Origin: Podarcis tiliguerta
Taxonomy: Eukaryota
Length of the DNA stretch: 64,000 nt
Assembly: GCA_965153285.1 (NCBI GenBank)
Contig: OZ229114.1
Reading direction: 5' to 3' (one strand)
Part shown: piece after piece, positions 34,695 through 48,586 of the stretch
Position numbering within the stretch: the stretch's first letter is position 1
Layout: every line of letters begins with the position of its first letter
Made by a program: the position numbers and the translations under genes
The notes under the pieces: generated by a model
Database searches by the model: none
Told to the model about the DNA's origin: nothing
The model's input: the letters and a program-made list of their open reading frames with translations, nothing else

Positions 34695-35143
34695 TTATAT
34701 TATGAGACCTTCTGAGCACATTGCAGCATGGCATGAATGATTCATCCTGTTATTTGGGTGGTATGTCATTCCAAGTTCCATAGTGGAATATAGCCAATTC
34801 ACAAAATTAGAGCATACAAGATCTGTCATGCTACAGCTCCCACTAATTAACATTCATGTTTTGCCAACATTGTCCTAGGTGCTGCATGTGACAGGTTGCG
34901 TTGAATTAGTGTGCACCCCATCCGTGGTTGGCAGTGTAAATTTCCAAGACCGTGTACAATACATGAACTGACTTTTCAGTGGAGAGTCTCCTGTAACTAA
35001 TTTCTAGCTTCTAACAATCAACTCGGAAGCTATGAGATTTTTATCACTTGGTTGTTTTAGGTATAATTGCCTACCAGATATTCTCTGCTGGAAAATGCCA
35101 GGTGTGCTCCTGTTGTAATAAAGAAGAATCTGAATTGGATGTG

Positions 35144-35376
35144 CCTAGCAGTTCGAAAGCATGTCAAAGTACAAGTAGATAAATAGGTACCGCTCTGGCG
35201 GGAAGGTAAACGGCGTTTCTTTGCGCTGCTCTGGTTCACCAGAAGTGGCTTAGTCATGCTGGTCACATGACCCAGAAGCTGTACGCCGGCTCCCTCGGCC
35301 AATAAAGCAAGATGAGCGCTGCAACCCCAGAGTCGGTCACGACTGAACCTAATGGTCAGGGGTCTCTTTACCTTTA
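35144..35376 (+). mobile_element. Sauria SINE (Squam1), 5'-truncated
   Basis: Aligns by eye to the 3' two-thirds of the 58058 copy and ends ...TTTACCTTTA. Confidence 0.9.
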
Positions 35377-38300
35377 AGTAAGAAAGTCCTCACTTGAAAA
35401 TATATTAACTTCCAGTAACCTCCACATCTAGAGTTTGGTTGATCACACCCGATTTTTATCACTCCTTTTAGTATCTTATCTTAATGTCTGACCAGAACAA
35501 AGAGATTAGGAAGTTTCCTGTTGATTAGAATATCTTAAAGCCAAAAAGCAACAAATAGAGATTGGTGTTATACAATTACCAACTTATTTACAGTAGTAGA
35601 GAGATAAATTCTCCAGAAACCTAATTGTATTTCTTTTTGTGTTAGATCAGTCAGTATAAAGAAATCCTGGTAGACCTTTCCCCTGCTTTCTGACTCATTT
35701 CTTTCATATGGAAAGGTTGTTTATGCACCTTTTCACAAAGGATTATCTCTTAAAAAAGCTTGTGCTTTTTCCTGAGTGTTCACACATTCTATATGCTAAG
35801 ACTTAGAACTGGTCAGAAGAAGCTACTGACATGTTGTTGACAAAACAAATAATAGGGTGAGTACATTTTTACTATCAGTGATTTGTTAAGCTGCCACTTT
35901 GAATATCCCAGGAAGTAGCTACTCATGTAAAACAATAGTTTCAATGGAAAATGCTTTGTGTAGTTTCCAATTAACAGTATCAATTAGTTTTCGTGATTTG
36001 GTGTTACTTGCCTTGAAATAGACGCTTTCGCTTGAAATCCCAGAAGTTTTGTGCCAGACACAATGTAGTTCTCTCAGGAATATATATATATATATATTAT
36101 TTCTGATTCCTAAACACGTGACAGAGGTTCGTAAGGAACATGTCACTGTATCTGTCCCCTTCCCTGCTGCCTAACCACCACCTTCTGTATCTTCCCTTTC
36201 CAGTACTGAAGTTGTCCCTTTTAAAAGCAAACACTCTAAGGAGGTCTCCTACCTTTGATGCTGATGTGTACTTGAACCTTTAATAATTATTTTTTCTTCC
36301 TATTACGTTTACCTGGGCTAAAAAGGAGAAGGAATATCCAAGAGTAAATGCTAATAATTGTACATATAGTGTAATGGAAGCAGTTCATTTACATGCTTAT
36401 GCAAGCTTCTTCATCTCAGTACTTGAATGTACCACTACACTTGCATTTAGGTTTGTGGGGTTTTTTTTGCTGTGCTTTGATGAAGGTAGGCCACATTATA
36501 AATAAGCTGGTTGCCATGGTGAAAATCAGAGTCCTTGTCTGTTGTGTATAACCTTTCCTATCTTTCTGGACACTATAGAGACAGTGTATGTGTAATATAA
36601 TACATATTAAAGTATGTGTGTATGCTTAGTGGTAGCTGGATAGATAATGTGTTCAGTGTAGAGGAGTTGAACAGAATCTCATTTATATTGGGTGATATTT
36701 GGACATAGGTGGCAAATTCAACACTCCACTCATCTTTGATTTAAGATGCCTTAAAACTGGGAAATATTCTGGGGCCTTGTCTTGAAAAATTATTGAACAG
36801 TCCCAGATAATTGATTATGAAGCTGCAAAGTCAATGCATCCTAATATAAAGAGTTAGGCTGGTGCAACAGGCTCTGCCTAGCCAGCTACGAAGCCTGTTG
36901 GAAACAGTTGACTCACATGTTTATCATGCAACTGTCTCCAGATTCCAAGGACTTGGAAGTTTATTTTAGTCTCAATGACTCTGATAGCTGAGGAAGGCTC
37001 TTCACTGTACTTTGCAAGACACTCTGCTCATTAAGCTATTAAGGCCATTGTTCTCTGCATCACTGTTTATTTTATTTGGCTGATAAGTGTAATAAGAGGA
37101 CAAGAGAAACTAGATAATTTGAAATTGGAATAACGGCAGTATGAATCAGCAAGCACTGTCTCTTTCCATCTAGTAGTGTAGGAAATTCTTTGTACCCCTT
37201 AATATTTCATGTGCTCAGCTTCTCGGCTAGCGTTGCTCCTAGCTAGACCACCTTTATCTGATTGCCGACTAGACAGGTGATATTTATTTTGAATTATAGT
37301 AACTGCTTTGGATTGGAGGTTGTGCCGTAGAGATTGCAGTACAAAAACCTTTAAATTTTGCAATTGGAACAAAGTATGCAGTGTTATTTACATTTGTGAA
37401 AATATGACTTGAAATCAGCCTCTTGCTAACTATGGTTTGAACCAACCAATATTCCCAGAGTTCATCTGCAATGGGGATATATGGTTTGCTTAAAACTGGA
37501 ACCATATGCTTTTGGTTTCTTCTGTTAGTGAATGAAAGAGGAAGACAGTGCAAGAATGAGACTTGCTACAGTTTGTTCATGTGGCAATAAACCATGGTTT
37601 CCCAAAACAGGCCAATGAGGATTATCCCTGGTAAGCTTTGGAAGGCCATTCTCTTCCTTCAGAAAATGGCTTGAGAAGAGCTTTTTGTTATGTTTTATTA
37701 CTGTTTATTAATATGCCACCATTAGGCCAAAAAAAGGGGGCCCAAGGCCTTTTTTCAGACACACACAATAGAAACGACGATTCAAAACTAAATCTTAACA
37801 TTTCAAAAAATATTAAGACCAAATACATGCATGTTCCTGCCCAAAAGGCAAAGTGCAGTCCCCAGAAAAATGCTAGAGAGAACAAGAGTAAATACTTCAG
37901 CATGTTTTCCTTATAAGAATCTCAGGCAGGGGTTGCGGTGGGGCAAGACAGGTGGACAGCTTGCCCCATGATGGTTCCCGCAGTTTTTCTCCTGTAGCAA
38001 TATTATTCAAAAATTATTTCATTGTGTATGTTTTGGGACAGCACTCAGGATCTGATGAAAGCCAGTAGCCTTAAGGGACCCGGTTTGCGAAATTCAGGTC
38101 TCAATTACTCCACACACTTACCTTTAAGCTTAATGGCGAGAGATGAGAGGCAAATTGGCAGTCGCTCCAGAGGGATGCTAGAAAGTACTGACTGATAAAT
38201 GCAAGGTTATCATGTCAATAGAACGGAGGGAATTTTTGACTTGGAAACCACCCTCACTCCTGCTGCATTCATATATATATATAAGCTTTAGCTCTAGCAT

Positions 38301-38496
38301 CTCCAGCCATTTTTGCAAATCTGTGGAGAGGTAATTTGGGACTCTGGAAACTAGCAACATGGCAAACAGTGGTAGTGTTAAAACAGGTCACGTTCAGTAA
38401 GGAAATAGGGGCAATGGAGAAGATAACACATTGGTGAACTGGATGGAGATGGTAGTTGTGGTGCATGTCAGGGATGAATGTTGGGACAGCCTAAGC

Positions 38497-39062
38497 CATG
38501 AGTAGGCAAACTAAGGCCCATGGGCCAGATGCGGCCCAGTCGCCTTCTCAATCCAGCCCATGAACGGTCCGGGAATCAGCATGTTTTTACATGGGTAGAA
38601 TGTGTGCTTTTATTCAAAAAGCATCTCTGGGTTATTTGTGGGGCATAGGAATTAGTTATTTTTCTTCTTCAAAATAAAGTCTGCCCCCCCACAAGGTCTG
38701 AGGGACAGTGGACCGGCCCCCTGCTGAAAAAGGTTGCTGACCCTGTTAGAGCATGGGTTGGCAAACTAAGGCCCAGGGGCCGGATCCAGCCCAATCGGCT
38801 TCTAAATCCGGCCCGCGGACAGTCCGGGAATCAGTGTGTTTTTGCATGAGTAGAATGTGTCCTTTTATTTAAAATGCATCTCTGGGTGATTTGTGGGGCC
38901 TGTCTGGTGTTTTTACATGTGTGTGTTGTTGTTTTTAATGCATCTCTGGGTTATTTGTGGGGCATAGGAATTCATTCATCCCCCCCCCCCCCCGGTCTGG
39001 CCCCCCACAAGGTCTGAGGGACAGTGGACCGGCCCCCTGCTGAAAAAGTTTGCTGACCCCTG
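38497..39062. mobile_element. Head-to-tail dimer of hAT MITEs (38497-38745 and 38752-39062)
   Basis: Two homologous units, each CATG..T.GGCAAAC...TTGCTGACCC(C)TG. A single perfect 8-bp TSD GCCTAAGC (38489-38496 / 39063-39070) flanks both. Confidence 0.9.
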
Positions 39063-39742
39063 GCCTAAGCCTAGGAAAGCATGTTGTGATAGGAAGATAA
39101 CATAGAGTTGCTGCGAGAGAAAGAGGGAAGGGAGCTGCAGGGCTGTTGGGGTCTATCCAGGGTTAGCCCAATAAATGGAGATACTCTGACATGCACAAAC
39201 CTAAGACTGATTTGCTGAACTGCACAGATCTCTTTCCAACCATTCCCTTTTTTGTGCCTTAAAAACGCTTCCGTCGTTCACCAGTCTGAAAATACATTTG
39301 TGGCTGGAATTTGAGGTTGCTGTTCAGTGCAAACCTGCAGCACCCTTTCACTTATCTCTGCTTGTGGTTCTTGGCTGAGACTACCTGCTCTGTGATTGAA
39401 ATAATCCCCTACACCGTTTACGACCTTTTTCTGCCCAGGAATCAATCTGTTTCTAATTTGAAGTGTACTTTACATAGGCATTTTAACTCTTGAAAAGGTA
39501 GCTGCATTCTCTTCAAGCTCAGCTTCTCTGTGCCAGGCTATATAAGTTTTAATTGAAAATAGTTGCACTTGAAAATGGATAGCACTAGGTAACTCTTGTT
39601 TGTGGGAAATCGCTGGATGGTGGGGCTCATGGCTGGCAGTCCTCTGTATGCACAGCTGCTGCAGCCTGAGAGTCTGATCTTCTCTGTTGGCCCAGATTTG
39701 GGGGCCACTTCTTATGTTGCAGCTTGTACTTTGTTATGAATA

Positions 39743-39836
39743 AAAAAGGTAAAGGGACCCCTGGCAGTTAAGTCCAGTCGTGAACGACTCTGGGGTTGCA
39801 GCGCTCATCTTGCTTTACTGGCTGAGGGAGCTGGTG
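39743..39836 (-). mobile_element. Sauria SINE 3' fragment with TSD
   Basis: Antisense of the SINE end (AAAGGTAAAGGGACCCCTG...). 13-bp TSD TTTGTTATGAATA (39730-39742 / 39837-39849). Confidence 0.9.
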
Positions 39837-39895
39837 TTTGTTATGAATACCTGAATGCAAAAAGAGACATGGGTTTTGAAGGGAGCATGCAGATA

Positions 39896-40146
39896 CAGTG
39901 GTATCTCGGGATGCGAATGGGATCTGTTCCGGAGCCCCGTTCGCACCCTGAAGCGAACATAACCCGTGTCCGCGCGTCTGCGCGTGCATGGGTCACGTTT
40001 TGCCGCTTCTGCGCATGATGTCATTTTGATGGTCTGCACATGCGCACACGGCGAAACCCAGAAGTAATGCGCGCTGTTACTTCTGGGTCGCCACGGAGCG
40101 CAACCCGAAAATGCCTAACCCGAAGCGTATTCCTGAGGTATGACTG
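39896..40146. mobile_element. Tigger/pogo-like MITE, CpG-rich
   Basis: TA TSD. TIRs are CAGTGGTATCTCGGGA / TCCTGAGGTATGACTG. Internal 12-bp palindrome arms at 40056-40067 / 40077-40088. Confidence 0.85.
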
Positions 40147-40517
40147 TATAAGCCTTATTTTATCCTTGATAACGTTCATTGGTGGTGAGTAGGGAAGGAT
40201 CTGACCGCCATTTGCACATTTTAATCCATGATTAATCCATGATACGGGAGAAAGAAGCATTAATATATTAATTTTAATATCTATAAACTGCCCTTCATCA
40301 AAATAGATTACAGCTTGGTTTAAAACATTATACGTTGGTCAGTGGCTATTCCCAAATGGATAAAAGTGCCTAGCTTTGGAAATGCTCCAGATGTTGGCTT
40401 TTAACCACACCCCTGGTTAGCATAGATAGCAATACTGCATACAGATGAGTGAGTGGGCTGTCAGAAGGATGGTGTTTACCAGCAAATACCAGTTGCTGGG
40501 AAGAGGTGTCATTACAT

Positions 40518-40622
40518 TTGGGTCCTGCTTGTTTTGGGCTACCCACAGATATCTGATTGTCCACTGTGAGAACAGAATGCTTGACTAGATGGACCTTTGA
40601 TCTGATTCAATAGGGCTCTCCT
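40518..40622 (+). mobile_element. SINE 3' part (CTAGATGGACC-type tail)
   Basis: Reads GGGTCCTGCTTG...CCACTGTGAGAACAGAATGCTTGACTAGATGGACCTTTGATCTGATTCAATAGGGCTCT. An antisense relative lies near 55540-55590. Confidence 0.55.
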
Positions 40623-43600
40623 CCCTGCCTACCACAGAAACCAAGCAGGCTGCCAGAAGATGAGTAGAGGACTTGATCTATCCTCTGGTAGCCCACTGCA
40701 TTTCTATGCTGGGTATGGAAGAAGGCACTTTGGCCTCCTCCATGTGCAGCATAGAAACTATGTGGGCTGCCAGAGGATGGGTGCAGAGCTTTGTCCTTCT
40801 TCTAACAGCTCATTACATCGCCATATAAACATGCAGGAGATGAGGTTCCTTCCTATATGCACAGATACTAAGCATGCTGGTGCCAGAGGGAAGGAGCACT
40901 CCTTTCCTCTGCTGCCTCCATTGTTGGTAGGCAAACATCATGCATATCTAGCACAGAAGTGCATCAGGTTGGTAGTGAAAGAACAGAGGGATCAATTTCT
41001 CCATTGCCAGGTGGAGAAATTGGATGTGGAGAAAGCAGCTGCCTCTTCCATGCATCCAGCACAGAAATGGAGTGGTAACTGGTTGGGTTTCTATCCTCGG
41101 TGAGCATGACAGCTCATCTGGTGTTCAAACATGGTGAGTGATGGTAAAGGGGCAGGACAACCCATATACCTTTCTTGCTGACCTGCTGAACTTCTGTACT
41201 AGACAAAGCCCTTTGCTTCATGGCCAGCATAGAAATCAAGTGGGTTGATATCAGAGGCATGGATCACTCCATCTTTCCACCACCAGCCTGCTATGTGTCC
41301 TTTCTGGATATGCAGGACACAAAAGTTGCACCAGTCTTGCTTTTAACCACTCCCCTAAACATGCAGGGTACGCATCACAGGAACTATGTGGTCTGGCAGA
41401 AGAAGCACAGATCACTCTGTGCCCCTTTGTCAGTGCAATTTATGCCCCTTTGTCAGTGTTTGTCGCCTGTAAAATATTTTACTTGCCTGCATTTTACTCA
41501 CAAGAGGGTCTGGAAAAGGAAAAACACTGTGCTCTGTTCCTCCTCCACAAGCTTTGACTAAAAAGTATGTGAGTAAAGTTTTTTGCAGGCTAGTAACTTT
41601 CTGAGACTAATTTACATGGTTGGTTTAAGCCCTAGTGTCTTCTGGAGATACCAAAAGAATCTGATGCAAGTGTTCAGAAAAAAATCCCCAATAATACCAA
41701 AGATGTACCACTTAAGGTTTCAGGTAGAGATTGTTTGAATTCTGTACTGCTAATCCCTGCACACAAACATATTTTTGACATTCCAAATATAGAGGGCTTA
41801 AACAAATACAGAATATGAATGTCTTTTTTGGTGTTTTTGAACTAGTATTGCATAACTTTAAGTCAGAACTATTTTTAATCTTGTTGGGCGTATATCTGAA
41901 TATTTTATCCTGTTCTATCTTTCAGTTTATTTTGGATTTTGTAAATAAATTGACAACTGGTTTTCTTTACATTGTTATTTTTGCAGCTTATAAAAATGTT
42001 TTAGATCACATCTGTCTCTGTCGCTCTCTCTCTCTGCCTCTCTTTTAGAAGAAAAAAAGGCTTGTTTTTCTTGCTCTCCATGCTTCTCCCATGTAGAGAG
42101 CCCCTAGATTTTGCCTCTGATTCTTTCATAAATCCCCCAGTGAAGGTGGAATCTATGTTACAATAGAGGTGGTTGTAAGGGCAGCTGACAGATGAAATGT
42201 TACAGTGGCACGTATTGTATCCTAAGCAGGGTTGTATATAGACCTCATGATGGGCTGGCTTAGGTATTTACTTAGAAGCATTTCTAGAGGGCAACCTCAT
42301 TGGGCTAAAAAAGCGTGCCTGAACAAGGAGCCTGTTGTTTGTGCTTGGCTCCTCTCACTCACTGGGAGAAAAAAACACACACAAATGCCTGGCAGTCAGA
42401 AAGCTATTCAGTAGGCAGAGAGGTGTCTAGGAGGCCTCGGTCACTCATCAGATGCTGTAAAAGCCCTCACCCTGTTGTAATTCCTGGATAAAAGCAGCGC
42501 CAGATCAGCTGTCTCTTTTTTGCGGTGGAAATGCTAGAAAAGAGCTCTAAGTGGAGTTAGGTGGTTTAGAAGCTAGATATGAAAATCGCCTGCCTCCCCA
42601 GAAATAACAAAAGGAAAAGGGGGGGGGGGAGAGAAGTAGTTTGAACTGGGATCTTGCCTCAGAAATCAAGCTGTCATAATACAGCTGGTGCAAGTTGCTT
42701 GACTGCTGCTTAGATGTTGTTAATTCTGAATTGTAAACCAAGGTTGACTGTGTTCACTTGCTGAAAGGAGGCTGCAGAGAAACAGCCCAGGGTGCGGTGT
42801 GGGGTCTCAGGAACACTGGGCACGTTAAGAAAGAAGGGGATAAGTTGGCTGTTTGGGTGTGCTTCTGGATGCAGTGCTATTTCCTGATTTGCTGCCTTCC
42901 CTTGCACATGGTGTGCACATCAGTATGTGCTTCCTCTGTCCACATTGCTCCTATGGTTCAGATTTGAATTTCCCACTCTGATGCTGGTGACCTCAAGGAA
43001 GGCTTACCTTTCAGCCACGGGGATCCCAAAGGAAAATAAACCAGGACAGGGAAAATTTGAGGACGATTTTCTATGCTGGAGTACCCAACATGGTGTCTGT
43101 GAGCCCCCTTCCCCAATTTTTAATGATTTTTTGTTTGTTGTGGTGAGGTGTTGCTCGCATTTTCCTTTTTACATTTGTTATGGGGTATGTTCTTCCCTAC
43201 ATCATCCATTTTCTTTCTGTCCTTGGTCCAAAGCAGAACTACCATACTTCTTTCTATAAGTTTGCATTGTACTTTCCATTTCTGGAAAGCCTTTTCTAGA
43301 GAACCTTTTCAGGTGCCCTGATGACCACACCTTTTTATCTTTCTGCTTCTCTGATGAATGTAGTTACTAAAGGTTGTCTTCCACTAACTTTTACTCATAG
43401 TAGACCCACTGAAATTAATGGACATGCCTAAGTTAGGGCCATCAGTTTGAATGTGGTTACTCTGAAAAGAATTTAGGAGAATACCACCCCTAGGGTTCTC
43501 CCCCCCCCCCTGCTTAATGGTGTGCTTTATGTTATTTTATATTCTTTTTAATAAGTTTTGCTTTGGATATTTCTAATCATGGATAACCGTGGTTTTGTTT

Positions 43601-46600
43601 GTAAACCTCTTAACAAATGAGTAAATACATGAAACAAAATGCGCACATAATGGTATCCGTACGCTGCAGACAAGACAAGATTCTGACTACTTGTCACTAT
43701 GATTGCTTTAAAATTTCACAGCTTTTTTTTTTTTGTGGAGGAGGGAGCACGGAAGCCGTTGCAGAATTTGGCAACTATGACTTACTTTTGTGCGTCACGA
43801 TCCTAAGCATGTTTAATCAGAAGCAAGCACTGTTGAGCTCAGTGTTATTTATTCCTTTGTAAGTGTGTTTAGGATTTCAGCCTTAATGTAGCAGTTACAC
43901 ACATGGCAGATTTTAACGGTAATATTTGTATGTGTAAAATGTCACACTCTATGGCCAAAACATCTGATACCCAACCCACTCAAGTGTCAGGAAACAGTCG
44001 CTAAAGTACCAGTGGAAATCTTTGGAATTACTCCATGACAACTCCTGTGAATGACAGTCTCAGGCAGCCTCTGTAGCTGACATGGAAATGTGATGCAAGT
44101 TTGTGAATAGGACCTCCTATCCCAGCTCTGGAACATAATCTCTTTTACCTTAACAGTAAGCACTTCCATGACCTGCTGACATTATCCAGTATAATGCATC
44201 TTCTGAGACCAAAATTATAATCATATCTACACAAGCCATTAATTCGACATTATTTATAGTTACCTTGACAATTTTGGATATAATCCACAGATTTATGGAC
44301 ACCACTGAATAATAATGACCATTGAATGATGTGCATAGTTTGTGCATCTTTGACATATAATTGCTGCTTGAAATTGATTGATTGCCCTCCAGCCAATATG
44401 GGCCAGTGAAGGCCAAACCTTCAGGATTCAGAACGGATCAACAGTGCTAAGGTATTGGGATCAGGCTGCTGGATCATACATTAATTTGCCCTGCCCTATT
44501 TATATTGCAGCACTATGTATAAAGGTGGCACTACACAGGGACAAAATGGTCTCTGCCTTCAATACAGAACTGCCATGGTATATCTGCCCTTACACTTCTG
44601 CTATGTAGCCATGAAGAATTAAACACCGTAGAATATGCAAAGAGAACAAAGGGTAGGGAGACTTCAACAGCATCCTGACCAGAAGAAAGCTGAGCTGCCC
44701 ATTTCACTATAATAGCTGCCCATTTTCTCTATAATAGCTCCTTAGGATGTCCTGTGAATATTAGCATGCCCCTTACCTATTGGTATCTTGTAACCCTAAT
44801 GAAACTTTTATTTATGGTGCTTGAGTACACTTGGAATGCATGGCTACATTTTCAACAGTGAGCTTCCATTTATCGCAGCATACAAAAGAGATTTTTGGGG
44901 CGACAGAGCCTATTGCTCTCCACTGTTCCTGCCAATTGTGTTGGTTGCTGTCAGGGTGAATTAAGTCAGTTAGCAGCACCTATAGATGGCTGTACAAGTC
45001 CAGGGAACAAGTGACGTGGTTTGTGAACATAATACAAACATTGCAGAAGCTTTCAGTTTGTGTTGAGTGTATAAAGAGATTTTCTTTCTTATGTTCACTC
45101 CAAACAAACATAACACTGTTATCCAAATTGGCTTCTGCCAATTGATTTAGCCCATGATAATGGCCTGAGTTGTCTCCTGAAAACATATGCAGGAGTTATT
45201 TAAAACAAATAAACATTGTTTATGCTGTGTTTATAAGACATGCTGTAAATTATTCTGTAAAGTTCTGATTAAGTTGCTTTGTGTGTGTGTGTGTTTCTTT
45301 GTTTACTGGAGCCCTAAGATTTTCTTGCTGTTCTATTAAAAAAGATACCAAGTAGATATTGCTTGAAAACCTCCAATAGCAATATTTTAGAATGTAAGTC
45401 ATTCTCTGTAACTCCAGTGGTTTTCACATCTATAGCTACTTATAGGGTTCATGCCGTATATTCTTTCGGTGTAATGTAAATGTGTGACATAGAAGGTTGG
45501 GCCCAAAGGTTCTTTTCCTTTGATGGATGGAGTCCATCTGTTGGAGAAAGACCCTTTCCATTTTTGAAAGGAAACCTTTGGATTCAGCCCAGAGCTCCCG
45601 GCATATTGATAATCGAAAGTACTGCAGAACTGCCAACTGTTCACTGATCTGCATGCCTTTTGCTTGCCTAAATGGTACTCTTGAATATTGTGTTGGAAGA
45701 GATTTGAAGTTTAGCAGGCCTCACTCACGTTTTAGGGCAGAAGTCTCCATGCACCCCTCCTCTCATTTTGTTTACTTGTTAGAAAAGGGCTCTGTGGTCA
45801 TGTTGATTCCGCATTAAGTTTATGTTTAATTCTAAAGATGAAGTTTATGTTTTCTTCCAAATACTCGATTTTCATTCAACCTTTTAAGCAGCTGTACCCG
45901 ACCAGTACAGTAGGAGGAGAAAGACATGTGTGTAGAACAGCCATTTGCCTGTCTGGAAATGTTTGGGTATGTCCAAGCTAGTAGCGCCCTAGGGAAATTG
46001 TGAAATGCTTCCTTGGCTCATTAATTGACGTTCCAGGATAATTGAGGTTCCAAGATAAGATGTTCATTACTGTCCTTTTCCTGGACTCGTCCAATCCAGA
46101 TCCTTGTGTTCTTGTGATGTGGTCTCATCAGCTACAACTGTATCTGTAGCTATAATAAAGCAATACACTTTAGTTAGGAAATCACATTTTCTTCCTCTGT
46201 GCCTCTAATTTGCTTACCCTTCCAATAAGCCTTAGTGAGAAGGGAAGCTTCTGCCTTCCTTCTCTGGTACCAGTTGGCACAAGTATTGCCCAGAAGATAC
46301 GATGTGAAAATTGCCAGTGATTGCAGTGGCAGCCAGCCTAGGCCAAGGTGGTTTGGCAGGGTTATACATCCAGTTGAGCTGGAAACCACTGGGCAGTAGT
46401 ATGTGAATCTGATGGTGGTCCCTTTTTCTTTTAGCAAGCAAGCAGCTCCATTTGGGGGATTGTAGCACCAGCTTCTTGATGCTGAATTTGTTTACTACTC
46501 TGTTAGTAGAGTAAAGAAAGCCAGCTGGTTTCAGCTGTCACTACGTGCTAATTAATAGGTATGGACAGGCTATGCTGAGCTGTTGGCATATCATCTCTGG

Positions 46601-47759
46601 GAGCTTGCCTTTTTAGTGGTAGACCTCAAATAAAAAGTAATATGGGAAACCTTATAATGGTGGGGTTCAAGTTTGCATACTGCTTACACGACCTACTCTG
46701 TAAATGCGTACACAGCAATATTAAGTTCTCTATGTTTTCTACATTCCCTCTTTTTTCTGAACTGCTCTGCATTACGGGAGTAGTTTATGTCTTTGAAAAA
46801 ATACCAAGATTTGGTATATTTCCCTGAACCACTGTATGGTGTTTTGTGGTTTCGAAGGCTTAAAAGAAAGAAAGAAAAATGAATCCCACTCAAGTTTGGT
46901 CAAAAATGTTTAATACCATTTCCACTTCCATTTTTCATCATTTTGAGTCATGCTAAGTTGCTGACCTGAAATCTCAACACGCAGAGCCAAAGTGAGGGGG
47001 AAGAGGGTTTAGGACCAGTTTTGACCTCCAGATATTTTACACTACCAATCAAGTGCTTCCTGGTGCCAATACCAGTTCTGGTCAGAAACACCTGGAGGGC
47101 AACAGATTGGGTAAGGCTGGTTTAGTGCACCATATTTGCTTTGAAACAAACTTTTAATGCCCCACCCCTGTTCCTGATTTCACACAGTCTTGCTCCTTCT
47201 CCACCATGTTCTTCCTCCTTTTCCTTTTCCCAGATTCCTCATCACTGAAAGAGTGATGACCGGAGAGGTCATTTCTTGTGACCTTGCAGCTAGAGATGGC
47301 TAGAGCTCTGCAAAATAAAAGTTCTGTCTTGACACTCATCTTAAATAGGAATGATAGCTCTCATAGCTGGGCTCCTCAGCTTTGCTGATTGGTTGGCAAT
47401 CTCAGCTATCAGAAATCTATGGAGGTCTCTGCGCATAGCTGCAACTGAAACTTTTATCACCACCACTGCAGGAGAAAGACTTTCATTTGGCTGTGCCAGT
47501 CCAACAAAGTATTTTATTTATGTGCTTCCAAGCCCTTAAAAATTCTTTTAGGGTACATCAGTAGGGAGTTAATAGAAACTTTGAAACAGGAAAAATGCCT
47601 GTGGGTTAAGCAGAAAACCCAGTTGACTGAGCTGAACAAAAATCTTGTACTGTTTTTGATAGGTCATTTGCCAAAGGGGGAGCTGAATGGATTGGTTTCC
47701 AGTCTTCCAATAGTATCTGCAATTTATTTTGCTCTGTGGAAAGGAGTTATCGGCTCCTT

Positions 47760-47960
47760 TGGGGGGCTAAGTAGAAATATCATTCAGTGATGCAATATTA
47801 AAGAAGCCGCAGATAATTTTAATCATTAATTTAATCATTAATCAATACTGTTGGATGTAAGCAACTGTTTCTATGAAGCTGTTGATTTGAGAGAAACAGA
47901 CAGACAGAATGTGTCATATACGGTATATTCCATTTCAAAGATTAATTTAGCTCAATGTTT
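47760..47960. promoter_or_regulatory. Candidate enhancer or CNE
   Basis: Contains AGATAA, tandem TTAATCATTAAT x2 (47819-47842) and AATCAATAC. Repeat-free. Conservation is not tested. Confidence 0.3.
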
Positions 47961-48546
47961 GGAAGATTATATACTGAAAAAGCCTGTGTCTCTGCCATGA
48001 CTTCACTATACCAACAACAGAGATGAAATAGAGAGATTCTTAATCTTTCCCAAACACTCTTCAAGAGAAGCAATTTAAAAAAATGTTACTTTCTTAAGAG
48101 ACTAAAATGTCTTAAGCGCAAACGTGCTGCTCTACCTCATTTGTGCTAAATGGGATTATAGGATTTAATTCTGTGAGAAATTTTACATGTTGATGGAGGC
48201 AACTTTTCACATCTCTTTTAGGTGGGAAAAGGGGATGGAATGTGATATCCTCATTAAATTCGCATCAGATCTTTTGTTCTCCTAACCTGGATTTTTCTTG
48301 TGCTTTTGAAGGAATGAGGGGTATTGGGTCAGGTGTATAAATCCCTAAGACTGGGCTTTAGGAGAGAAGTGTATATTCTCAATTTGTGATCCATAGCTAC
48401 ACAACAAGTATTGTTGCTGGAAATACCTGCTGGCACTTGAGAAGTTTATTCTCTTCATGATGCTATAAAAGTTGCTCTTGCATTGATAACACCCTCTATC
48501 ATATAATCTGTATGTAAAATTAAATGTGCTATAAGTGTATGCCAAA

Positions 48547-48547
48547 T

Positions 48548-48586
<39 letters not shown>
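48547..48586 (+). repeat. (TTCT)10 microsatellite
   Basis: Read directly. Confidence 0.95.

Noticed and set aside
41420-44739. Short local duplications (TGCCCCTTTGTCAGTG x2 near 41420; AGCTGCCCATTT..CTATAAT x2 at 44693)
   Set aside because: Ordinary slippage duplications with no sign of function.
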